Of a DNA stretch of 64,000 bases, positions 52,777-62,557 are shown piece by piece. Every line of letters starts with the position of its first letter. Positions within the stretch are counted from its first letter, which is position 1. A program made the translations under genes and the position numbers. The DNA lies in the IMG/VR virus record IMGVR_UViG_3300044796_000657, positions 62,001 through 126,000 of that record; one strand, written 5' to 3'. The notes beneath the pieces are model-generated. The model was not told the DNA's origin. It searched no databases and saw nothing but the letters and a program-made list of their open reading frames with translations.

Positions 52777-53579
52777 GACATTCTCCTTAGTACCTGCTAC
52801 GGTATTTGTTTTCAGGAGGCTTGGCGTTGCCTCGTTTCATTGGCGTGATGACGGGCTTGTAGTTGGGGATTTTGGTGTTACGACAATGAGGACATTCAAC
52901 CGTCACGTAATGAGGTTCAATATCCTTGAAGCATTTGGCGCAAACCAAACCACCACCGACCGAAGCGAATGATTGATGCGACTCATTAACAAATTCCAAT
53001 GGTGTTCGCACCAAAGCATAAGGATGAGTCGTAGATGGTTGAAATCTTCCGATTTTCAACACATTGCAAAGTTGTTCGTGTCGATCATCAAGTGCGCCGG
53101 GAAATCGGCGATTAATGATTTCATTCACAGCGACTTCGTCGTTATCATTACAGATGGCATTGTATTGGCCACCGTTAACTTTGATGTGAATCATGACACT
53201 CCTCTTTTCGCTCGTTCGAGTCTGGTTTTTGCGGATTCCATATCCCGCTGCGCCCGTTCAAGTTGATATTTGGCTTCACGAAGTTTTTGCTGCTCTTTAG
53301 CTGTTGCTTTTCTTAGCAACGCTTTGGCAACACGTTCCGACTCGTCAATCACTTCCACAACACCAACACCCAACTTGAGGATTGTTGGAATGGGATAAGC
53401 GGGATTACTGGAGAAGTATGTTACCGCCGCCCTTGCCGGGCCGAGCTTAACATAAATCCTTGCCGTCTTAATGTCGTCAACCCATGAACTTCCGTATCCG
53501 TAATGTCCTTTACGTCGAAAGAACTGACCTGTGCTGTTCTGGACAACGTAAAAGAACAATTCGCTCAAGTCGGGGGCAC

Positions 53580-54086
53580 TCATGCCTTTGCCTTTTTGTA
53601 GAGCATATGCCCACGATGATCAAGTTTCTCAAACGACTTGGGCCAATATCGTTTGAACAAGTTGAGTGACCATTTACAGGCACCAACTTCCCCATGTCCA
53701 AGAGTATGTGCAAATTCATGCAAAAATACAACTACAGAATATTCGCCATCAGCATTTGGCTCAATAAGAATGACGGCGGGTTTACTTCGTAAACAACATG
53801 GCCCACAAGGAATTTTGTCTACGAACACCAATTTGGGTTCTGGGATTTCGTACACCTTGGCAAGTGCGGTATTGAGCGTCCGATACTTAACTTGGATTTC
53901 TTCAGGGGTGCCACGATATGGATTCATGGCCCGGAAGGCTTCAATAGCCTTACCGGTGCCACTGCGGTACTTCATTTCGTCGTCTAAGCACTCAACGACG
54001 GTTTTGGGATATGGATTCTTGGAAGGTTCATCAACCCGAACCAGTTCACCAAATAATTTGTTTAACTTGCCAAACAGTTTGCTCAT
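53580..54086 (-). CDS. Putative zinc metallopeptidase
   Basis: FLHEFAH...GE. Confidence 0.5.
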   Translation of the reverse strand: MSKLFGKLNKLFGELVRVDEPSKNPYPKTVVECLDDEMKYRSGTGKAIEAFRAMNPYRGTPEEIQVKYRTLNTALAKVYEIPEPKLVFVDKIPCGPCCLRSKPAVILIEPNADGEYSVVVFLHEFAHTLGHGEVGACKWSLNLFKRYWPKSFEKLDHRGHMLYKKAKA

Positions 54087-54451
54087 AAAAGCCCCATAGT
54101 GCGGGCCTCCGCTCGTATGGAGTCCCTCAGTGATTTCTTGGACTTTAGTATAAACAAACTGTCGGCAATACTCAAGGTCACAACATTGACCGTCGCAACA
54201 CCATCTGCGACCGCTCGACTAACAGTATGGTTGCCGTCAATTAAGTAATGACACACAACCTTATCAATTGGCAAAGACGCAAAGATTACGACTTTTAGCA
54301 AATCGGCGTGCAGCACGTGTACGGGATCGATATAGATCAAAGGTAACAGCCAATCCAAAGACGGAGCTTTTTTCTCCGGTTCGTATTTAGCAGCCTTTTT
54401 CTTCGCCTCCGTGATATTAAACTTCAAATGTAGGAAAGTAAAAAATTCCAT
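54083..54451 (-). CDS. ParB/Srx-like domain protein (tentative)
   Basis: YLIDGNHTVSRA; GGAGG SD. Confidence 0.45.
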   Translation of the reverse strand: MEFFTFLHLKFNITEAKKKAAKYEPEKKAPSLDWLLPLIYIDPVHVLHADLLKVVIFASLPIDKVVCHYLIDGNHTVSRAVADGVATVNVVTLSIADSLFILKSKKSLRDSIRAEARTMGLL

Positions 54452-54470
54452 AGACACCTCCGATTTACGA

Positions 54471-54484
54471 GGGTGTATGGTCAC
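54471..54484 (-). promoter_or_regulatory. 14-bp element
   Basis: Exact copy; pyrimidine-purine step shifted by 1 nt. Confidence 0.8.
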
Positions 54485-54787
54485 ACGATTGACAGAATGA
54501 TTTTTCACTTTATCACTCGGCCTTTTTAGACTTAAGATTAGTAGGCACACGATCTCCAAAAATGCCTACCGAATCTTCAATGGATTGCCCCTCCTTGAAA
54601 CGATCCCATATGATTTTTGCCGATGCTTCATCAGTCAAAATTTCTTGGTATTGAACCCCATCTTCCAACTTAAGTTTGATACGCTCGCCCACCAACCAGC
54701 GAATACGACGAGTCCAAGTGCGACCATTCGTACAATCAGCACGCTTGGCGGTTTTGCGGTTATCCCAAGATTTAATTAGTGAGAAGC

Positions 54788-55525
54788 TCATGCCTGAGAG
54801 GGTGTATGGTCACTCAATGCTTGAAGCCAATGGATAAGCCTTTTGGCACCATGTAGGTCTTTTGAATTGTGTTTAACTAATACTGCCGACATATCAAAAT
54901 GACAGTTGCGATGAAAAAGTCGGCCATCTACAACATAGAAGCGGTCACGGGCGAAATTTGGATCACGCCACTTGCTAAGTTTTTCGCCCTCTTGATGTTG
55001 GCCGAATAAGCCAAACCGCTCATCCACTCGCTCTTCAACTCGTTGCCAAAAATAAGTTCTAAAACCATCAGGCATTGGCATTTCAACACATTGATTGATG
55101 TTAACACTTCGCTCTTTATTGTAATCTGGTTTCGCACTGTCAATTGTCTTACAAAGCAATAAAAACTTGGAAACAGCAGGCTCTACCAATTCCATACGAA
55201 GTCGCTGCTTTTCATCTTCTTTCATCCCAATATATTTACGAAGACTAACATCAGGCCGTGTTTCCTTAATGACTGATGCCTTGCCAAAAAAACCACCGCC
55301 ACCCTTAACGATACTACGTCCAGCTTGTGGCTTATCCCACTCGTCCACAATGGGCCTAAACTCTTTGTGAAACTTCTCAAACGAAACTTTACGAATTTTG
55401 CCATTTTCATCAACCAAATCCAATTTTTTTGCTTTCAATCCATGTTCGGAGCCAATGTAAAGCCACAAAGAGTTGTCAGTTGTGCGATGCATGGTCTGAG
55501 GAACGTAAAGCATAAAAGCCTCCAT
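54788..55525 (-). CDS. Hypothetical protein
   Basis: 245-aa ORF. Confidence 0.65.
   Translation of the reverse strand: MEAFMLYVPQTMHRTTDNSLWLYIGSEHGLKAKKLDLVDENGKIRKVSFEKFHKEFRPIVDEWDKPQAGRSIVKGGGGFFGKASVIKETRPDVSLRKYIGMKEDEKQRLRMELVEPAVSKFLLLCKTIDSAKPDYNKERSVNINQCVEMPMPDGFRTYFWQRVEERVDERFGLFGQHQEGEKLSKWRDPNFARDRFYVVDGRLFHRNCHFDMSAVLVKHNSKDLHGAKRLIHWLQALSDHTPSQA
54800..54813 (-). promoter_or_regulatory. 14-bp element
   Basis: Exact copy; ATG of 54513..54791 at +9. Confidence 0.85.
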
Positions 55526-55533
55526 TTTCCATC

Positions 55534-55562
55534 AGTATAACATTTTATCGCACTAAAGTCAA
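55534..55562 (-). promoter_or_regulatory. sigma70-like promoter
   Basis: TTGACT-17-TATACT. Confidence 0.65.
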
Positions 55563-56163
55563 GTAAAAAGCGTCAATCAACACGATAAACCTTGTTCCGC
55601 CTACTCAAACTGGCCAAGACCTGAAATTTGTCTTCGTAAAGAATAGAGTTAACTTCTTCTGCTTCAAACAAAGCGGTGCCATTAATGGCATTCATCAATT
55701 CTTTGCCTTTTGCGATACTCTCTATTGCCGTATCTTTGAACCAGTAGTAATGGTTATCGGTATTTGTGCTGCGATAAAACTTCGTACTTGGAGCAGGCAA
55801 ATAAGAGTTATACCATCGCATAACTTCGTTGATTTTATTCAAGTTGAATTTAAGATTTTTCAATCCTTTGCTATTAGGATATTGTTGAATACCCCAAGCA
55901 AAAGTCAACAAACCTTCACTCTCATAACGACCACCATAAACGAATCTATAATAACTCATTTGAACGCAATCCTTTCACCAAAGGGCGTTGATGCCGCCGC
56001 TTGAATTCTTCGATGCCAATCGTTTTGAGATACAACCCACTGCGTTCGCTGTGAATTTTAAAGATTCTTCGTTTTTTTGGAGTTTGACACGGTTCTCCGG
56101 GCTTCGCCTGACACCGGGAACATATCGTTGAGTTTTTAGCATCAGTGCTTGCCCATCCAGTTA

Positions 56164-57114
56164 TCATTTAGCGGCTATCCTTTTTTCGTCCAAGTAAAGA
56201 TGTTCTGGTCTAACACATAGATCGTTATCACAGGTGTGTAATACTCGCTTACCTTCCGGAATATCACCATAAGCCAATCCGTACGCTACTCTGTGCGCCA
56301 ACTTTGGCGAATGATCTACACTGAAATGGCCGAACCCATTATGATTGTACGCCGTCCATTCCCAACACTCGCCGCTCTTGTCAACCTTCTTCCAGAATCT
56401 CTCATCAATCGATTCCTTCGAACGATTCGGTAATCTCTCAATCTTTTCTGGTGGATGATATTCGGCATCATACCAACTGTGATTGTAAACCACCGCATGG
56501 ATCGTCTGGCGGCTTGTATTGTATTGCTTTGCCATTTCACCAATGTTAACAGGCCCGGCTACAACCGCTGCTCTAATAGCATCAACATCCGGCTTTGTTA
56601 ACTTCGCATTCACCAAACCTAAGTCGGCACGTTCCAAAGCAATAAGGTGTTCTGGATTGTGGCATTCTTCATTCTTGCAACTTCTCGTCACTTCTTGCGA
56701 TTTTCTGAGAGGGGATTTGAAGAGTTCATAAATTCCACGAACCAACAATCTCATACCTGTTGGCAGAGATAGAGACTTCGGCTTTTCCCCTTGCCAAACC
56801 CAACAATCATCTACGACCTTGACACAGGATTGAATCCGTGCTTTCAGGTCTTCAACAGGAACAGTTGATTTGAGTGAGTTGGCCAAACGGAGGTGTTCGG
56901 ATTTAATACAAAGGGGATTTTGACAGGTGCGTGTGATGTGGGCACCCTTTGGAATATTTCCGTGTGTTAATTCATAAGCGACACGATGGGCAATGAGTCT
57001 CCCACCCGCCATTTGGAAAACGCCGTATAATGGCTTGGGGTTAAGTGTCCCTTTCCAAATCAAACAATCGCCTTCTACTGCTGCATTAGCCCAAAATTCT
57101 TCTTGGTTTATCAT
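56164..57114 (-). CDS. HNH homing-endonuclease-like protein with three HNH units and an HTH
   Basis: CLIWKG/CWVWQG/CWEWTA; AHRVAY twice; C.N..C...HL three times. Confidence 0.85.
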   Translation of the reverse strand: MINQEEFWANAAVEGDCLIWKGTLNPKPLYGVFQMAGGRLIAHRVAYELTHGNIPKGAHITRTCQNPLCIKSEHLRLANSLKSTVPVEDLKARIQSCVKVVDDCWVWQGEKPKSLSLPTGMRLLVRGIYELFKSPLRKSQEVTRSCKNEECHNPEHLIALERADLGLVNAKLTKPDVDAIRAAVVAGPVNIGEMAKQYNTSRQTIHAVVYNHSWYDAEYHPPEKIERLPNRSKESIDERFWKKVDKSGECWEWTAYNHNGFGHFSVDHSPKLAHRVAYGLAYGDIPEGKRVLHTCDNDLCVRPEHLYLDEKRIAAK

Positions 57115-57339
57115 AGGATTTTCTTAAGTAAAAAATGTTTCATCAGTATAATGTTCTTTTTTGTATATTCAAGTACAGGTTATCGAGTTTGCGATTTCAA
57201 AGTCGCCATTGCAACCTGATACAATTCTTTGCCCAATCTTCGTTCTAGGCTTTGACGAATATCTTGTGGCAGTTTAGGATTACGAAGTTGTTCTAAGATC
57301 AAATCCAAGCGATCATTTTTTAACATGTTAATCCCCAAT

Positions 57340-57367
57340 AAACAAAACCGGCCCGAAGGCCGGTCTT
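57340..57367 (-). terminator. Intrinsic terminator with UUCG tetraloop
   Basis: AAGACCGGCC-TTCG-GGCCGGTTTTGTTT. Confidence 0.85.
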
Positions 57368-57370
57368 AAC

Positions 57371-57718
57371 TCACGAAAGTGTAGCAAGGATTTCTTTGAC
57401 TGTCTGCTCACCGTATTTTTCTGTCCACTGTTTATACTGCTTGACCATATTGACAATTTCAATTGCCACTTCCGCAGTATTAACCACTGGCGGCTTTTCT
57501 GCACGCCCAAGGTATTGCCGATTTTTGAATGGTCTGGTTGTTCCTATGATCTTAGCACGGCCTGAAGATATGTAATTTTTAGGAACAGAGTGCCCGAATT
57601 GGTCTTGAATGTACCTCTGAATGTCTTCGGTACTTCTAAGTCCGGTATTACAAGCGGCCTTAATAGACGCAAATGTATTGAACTTCTTGACCGTTTCAAC
57701 TTTAACTTCTTCCATCAT
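57371..57718 (-). CDS. Small putative DNA-binding protein; resembles 8172..8546
   Basis: STEDIQRYIQDQFGHSVPKNYISSGR; GGAGG SD. Confidence 0.55.
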   Translation of the reverse strand: MMEEVKVETVKKFNTFASIKAACNTGLRSTEDIQRYIQDQFGHSVPKNYISSGRAKIIGTTRPFKNRQYLGRAEKPPVVNTAEVAIEIVNMVKQYKQWTEKYGEQTVKEILATLS

Positions 57719-58421
57719 GACATTCCTCCTCCAGAGTAGTGTTATTAGAACCAACGCCCAATTTGCCTGCTCGAAATTTCCATGCCATCATTTTAGATGT
57801 ATCTTGATAAATTTTTGGCAATCCAATTTTGGCATCAGGAAACATCATTTGAAACATGGTTTTGTAAGTAGCAATTAACTCGTTTTTCGCCATCCTCAAA
57901 TTTCGACTATATGTTTTTGGATATGAGGATTCCATCCAAGATTTAAGGTTTGAATAATCAGCGAATCCACGGGGGATACAATAAAACGTGAAACTCAAAA
58001 AGGCATTTTCAGCTAATCGGGGCCGTAAATGTCCAAAAAGCCAAGAGAAAAGATCGCCGTTAATGTTGCCGCATAGATCGGCATTGAGCAAATCTACCGG
58101 TGGCTCTTCATCCGTCAAAACGACAGAACTCAATTCGCCATAGATACACTTAACCAAATCTTTATTGATACACTTTTGACGCACTAGACTATTTTTGACT
58201 TTAATCATTTTGTCAAAATTTGGCCCGTTTCGTTCAACAAATTTCAAAAGAGTTTGATTGCCAATCACCAACTTTTCCAACGCTTTCTTTACACACACAC
58301 CATCGCTACTTGGTAAAAAAATAGCATGTTTGGCTTCTTGCTTAATGTTGAAAGTCCAATTTCTTATTTCGTCTTTTGCCGGTCTTTTTTGAGCACACCA
58401 AGGATTATTAATACCCTTCAT
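57702..58421 (-). CDS. Hypothetical protein, possibly methyltransferase fold
   Basis: FVERN, VDLLNADLCG; weak. Confidence 0.45.
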   Translation of the reverse strand: MKGINNPWCAQKRPAKDEIRNWTFNIKQEAKHAIFLPSSDGVCVKKALEKLVIGNQTLLKFVERNGPNFDKMIKVKNSLVRQKCINKDLVKCIYGELSSVVLTDEEPPVDLLNADLCGNINGDLFSWLFGHLRPRLAENAFLSFTFYCIPRGFADYSNLKSWMESSYPKTYSRNLRMAKNELIATYKTMFQMMFPDAKIGLPKIYQDTSKMMAWKFRAGKLGVGSNNTTLEEECHDGRS

Positions 58422-59566
58422 TTCTCAGCCTCGAAGTAAAATTCATTTACTGATTATACTTCCAGTCAAGCGATTATCAAGGTTTTATAAAATGAGTCAT
58501 TTTGAAACTAAAAATACGTCAATGGGATCGAAAGTCCTAGTCAGCCAAAAATTCATCCACGCTATTGCACGTTTGTCCCCACCGAAAATTAATATGGGTA
58601 TCCAAGCCAATAACACGAACATGCCAATCGTAGCAAGCCACAAAAGAACCAACACAATTCCAAAACAATACCTAAGCCATTTTTTCATCTATGGTACACC
58701 CATTACTTTCTTTTGAACACACATACAAAACCTAGAAACACATAATGCCCATCTATCAACGTAAGGCTCACCTGTAATTAATTGCATTATCCAACACGGC
58801 CCTAAGACCATTATAGCAACCAAAATAGTCACTATGGCCAAATGGAACAAAAACAAGCATACCAATGCATATCTGATACTTTGCCACACTTTACTGATTT
58901 TCATCTGGTTCTTCTCCAAGTGATTGTAGGAAGCACTCCCACCCATGAGACCATTTTCTATCTCTTGCATGTCCGAAAAATTTTTCTATAACGATTAGAA
59001 AAAACCACGGTGGCAACCATAACAACAAAATAACCAAAGCGACAGGAAACATCACTACATGTCGCATCGCAGTCCAAATCTTAATGTTCATTTCTTTGGC
59101 TCAATCTCCAACTTTGTATACAAAAAGTTATTGGTGTTATCCGCACTGAGATAAGTGCATTGGATAATGAAGGGCTGTTTGACTTTCATCCAAATTTCCA
59201 CACTATCTCCATAAGTGCTGCCGAAACGACTGCTACTCTTAACAACTTTCACTTCTAATATCGTGACGAGTTCATAATCATCGCACGTTTTGAAATCCCA
59301 TTTTTGGCCCCACTTGGCATTCAATTTCAGACAAGTAATACCATCAGGCTTTAATTTGACGATTTGTTTATGATTTTTCTCTGTCACTAAATTGGTAATT
59401 AACTCTTTGTCGTTTTGGTTTTGAACACAACTGTAGACGCCGCAAGTAAGAGAGAACATAAGGATAAGAGAGAACAGAACCCACAAAATGGTTTTCATGA
59501 CATTTTTCCTGTATTGTTTAGTAATTGTACAACAACAAACAACACAGATCAATACTAATTAATTAT

Positions 59567-60187
59567 ATGAAAATAGGCATCGTTTCGTGTTGGAATAAAA
59601 AGTACGAGGTGTTGGCAAATTTAGTATTGCCAAATCGTAGAATCTATTGCGAAAAACATGGTTACGAGAGTGTAGAAGTAGGTGGTTGGGACTCTGACAC
59701 GTGGGAAGGCCGGGCAGCTTGCTGGGGTCGGATGGACGTTTCAAGAAAAGTTTTGCACCGCTTTGATGCTATCTTTGTCATGGACATTGATGCTGTTATC
59801 ACCAACATGGATATTAAAATCGAAGATTTAGCTACTCACGACTTTGTCAGTACAGCCGATGTGAATGGCCTAAACGCCGGAATGATTTTAATTAAGCATA
59901 CGGATTGGTCGGCAGCATTTATGGATAAGTATTGGGAAACAGGAAAGCGTTATCAACACTTTCCCAATAGCGAACAAAGTTGTATGGCACATCTTTTGAT
60001 TTGTGAGCCACAAGAGAAGTGGTCAATCAAACCACAACGCACCATGAACAGTTTTCCATATCATCTGTACGAAGATTTCAAATTCCCTGAAGGGCAGTGG
60101 GAAAGTTTGGATTTTATTTTACACACTCCTGCCTTGGATATTCAGACAAGATTGAAGGTACTAGGTGAGGCAATTTTGGTCGATTAA
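59567..60187 (+). CDS. Glycosyltransferase family 34-like (second copy)
   Basis: YCEKHGY, FDAIFVMDIDA, LNAG, EQ, MNSF, DFILH. Confidence 0.8.
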   Translation: MKIGIVSCWNKKYEVLANLVLPNRRIYCEKHGYESVEVGGWDSDTWEGRAACWGRMDVSRKVLHRFDAIFVMDIDAVITNMDIKIEDLATHDFVSTADVNGLNAGMILIKHTDWSAAFMDKYWETGKRYQHFPNSEQSCMAHLLICEPQEKWSIKPQRTMNSFPYHLYEDFKFPEGQWESLDFILHTPALDIQTRLKVLGEAILVD

Positions 60188-60776
60188 AATAAGATAATTT
60201 TTGATAATGTGTGAATCCAAAATATGTTAATATTTTATTATTGATGTCTCTAAGAATCAAAGTCAGAGTTGCTGACTTCTTTTCCTTCATGCGATCTGCT
60301 ATCCATCGTATCGGCAATAAATACTGATTCCATTTTATTTTTTGCATTTGAAAAAAAATGCCAATGCCACGACGAATAGGAATACTAAGTATCGTAAATT
60401 CGAGTAAATTTGATCTTACTTCCAAAGCAATATCAGCAGGTGAGATGTCCATTGGTTCCCAAGAAGTAATTACATATCTTATTATATCACCTTTTGCCAA
60501 AGAAGAGTTTTGGATATTTTGAAAGTGATTACTCATCCTTGAAAATTCCCGACTAAAAGTCGTTTTTTTATTTTTTATTTTTAACCACAAAGAAACATCG
60601 CTAAGTGTAATTCCCACATTTTGAATTATCACTTCTAAATACTCAGAAGAAATTATCGAAGAATAGCCTGTACTAAATTTCAACAATTTAACTTTTGGTT
60701 TATGACTCCTGATATAATTATTAATACTAATTGTTAATGCTATTAAACCTATTGAAATTGCAATTACATTTTCCAA
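60114..60776 (-). CDS. AT-rich hypothetical protein with N-terminal membrane anchor
   Basis: IAISIGLIALTISI; markedly AT-rich DNA. Confidence 0.5.
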   Translation of the reverse strand: MENVIAISIGLIALTISINNYIRSHKPKVKLLKFSTGYSSIISSEYLEVIIQNVGITLSDVSLWLKIKNKKTTFSREFSRMSNHFQNIQNSSLAKGDIIRYVITSWEPMDISPADIALEVRSNLLEFTILSIPIRRGIGIFFQMQKIKWNQYLLPIRWIADRMKEKKSATLTLILRDINNKILTYFGFTHYQKLSYFNRPKLPHLVPSILSEYPRQECVK

Positions 60777-60802
60777 ATCGTCACCTTATAAAAATAAAAA
60801 AA

Positions 60803-61099
60803 TTATTTCCTAATAAGAAAACCATCGGCAATAGTTGTTTCGGGTACGCAAATCCATGTCCGCAATTTAGGATTAATCGACATTCGATGTATAGCAATTG
60901 CGGCAATTAAATATGATTTCCCGCTACCAGTAGGAAGGTTATTGATTCGAAATGGCTTATCGTGTTGATGAAGCCACCCTTCCGTCTGTCCTTGTCGTAG
61001 AAGATCATAACCATTAGCTTTTTGATCGGGTAATGCTGACTTCAGGAGGTTCCAACCTAGTTTTGCAGCAGTGGAAATGTTAAAGTTTTTATTGTTCAT
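60803..61099 (-). pseudogene. Truncated SF2 helicase (N-terminal part only)
   Basis: LRQGQ, LPTGSGKS, WICVP, then stop. Confidence 0.6.
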
Positions 61100-61917
61100 C
61101 TACAAAGTATAACAATTAATTTTATGAATTCAATTTCGTTAACTTGGATTTTCTTTTCAAAACTCGCAGCGTTCTACCGCCTTCAATTGTTAATTTCCCA
61201 TTCGCTCTAATAAGACCGAACGAAACAAGCAGATCAAAATTAGGGCCACTCTTAACCCTCTTTTCGACAACCGACGAACCTGCCTTTTTGAGCAAGGCAA
61301 ATTGACCTGCCGTTAAAATCACTTCACCATTTCTTATTTTTTGACGAATGTTGCTCATTTGATCTCCTTTGCCAAGACGTAATACCACCTGTCCGGTTCC
61401 ACATAATCCAACATCCACAAGTGCCCACCGATATTAACTGTGCGGTGTGGCCTTTCAACTATCTCGCCACTGCTCAATGCCCATCCACCTTCACAAACAG
61501 CCGCATAAATGACAATTTGGCTAATATCCCCCAATTTCATTGTAGGTGCTGACAGATTTCGTTCTATGGAAGCACGAATACAAGATAATCCCGTCTTGTA
61601 TTGGATGAGCGTGATTTCGCTTTTTGTAATACCGATGACAATGTAATACATGCGGTTGCGAGAACGGCTACTATAGCCCTTGCCATTGGTGAATTCATCT
61701 GCCGCCATTTCAATAGCGGTGTTAATTTTCAAGCCTTCCGGCAGAATATAGAACATTCCGGGCGTATTGGCTTGTGTCCAAAACTTGCGATCCATACCAC
61801 CGGCTGAATTTTGATTCGGGGTGATGGTTGCTACCCAATTGTTACCATTCTGGGTAAGCAAAGGTACCTTAGTCATCGCACCATCTTCAAGTGGTATCTT
61901 AACTATAGGGCGTTCCA

Positions 61918-62535
61918 TTATTTACCTCTCAAATGGCTTAACTTATCAGCAATTTGATTACCGCCACGGGGAATCCATTTCACACGTTCACCAAACTTGG
62001 TAGAAGCAAACTGATTGTCAGTATAAATTTCATCATTGTATTCAGGCGAAGGATATTGATCCAATGCAAACTGAATACCCAATTCTTCCGCTTCTTGTGA
62101 ACTTTCGCACGCAACGTTTCGCACAAACACATCCATATCACCGTTTACCCATTTGTGAATTACGGCAATACGTGCTTTCCCCAATTTCCAACCCGCATCA
62201 ACAAAGATCCCTGCCGAAATAATAGTCTGTTTATCAGTTAAGAGTGGTTCAACCTCAACCGACAGATTTTCAATGGCACGAATGATTTTTGCCGCACCTT
62301 CATCGGTTTGTCTGTAGTTGTAACGAAGAAGTTCGTCAAGGAGAGTTCTTGTTGAAATTATCCTTGCTGACCGCCAGCCGGTGGGCATAAATTTGATTTC
62401 GCCATCTTTGTTAACCCAAACGTTATGCTTGCCACCGGCGTGCGGAATCTGCATGTGATACGAAGTATGTACTTCAACGCTATAACCATGAGCGGTAAGA
62501 AGGTCAACAACGTAATTGGCATTTATCCGGTTCAT
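61918..62535 (-). CDS. Protein with C-terminal RNase H-like domain (probably leaderless)
   Basis: IFVDAG, SQEAE..GI..AL, IYTDNQ, WIPRGGNQIADKLS. Confidence 0.8.
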   Translation of the reverse strand: MNRINANYVVDLLTAHGYSVEVHTSYHMQIPHAGGKHNVWVNKDGEIKFMPTGWRSARIISTRTLLDELLRYNYRQTDEGAAKIIRAIENLSVEVEPLLTDKQTIISAGIFVDAGWKLGKARIAVIHKWVNGDMDVFVRNVACESSQEAEELGIQFALDQYPSPEYNDEIYTDNQFASTKFGERVKWIPRGGNQIADKLSHLRGK

Positions 62536-62543
62536 GTTATGTG

Positions 62544-62557
62544 GGGTGTATGGTCAC
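62544..62557 (-). promoter_or_regulatory. 14-bp element
   Basis: Exact copy; ATG at +9. Confidence 0.85.

Noticed and set aside
5760-55525. Shared DHTP / VTIHP peptide as a protein motif
   Set aside because: It is the DNA element translated in two different frames; several ORF-track N-terminal extensions containing it are probably false starts.
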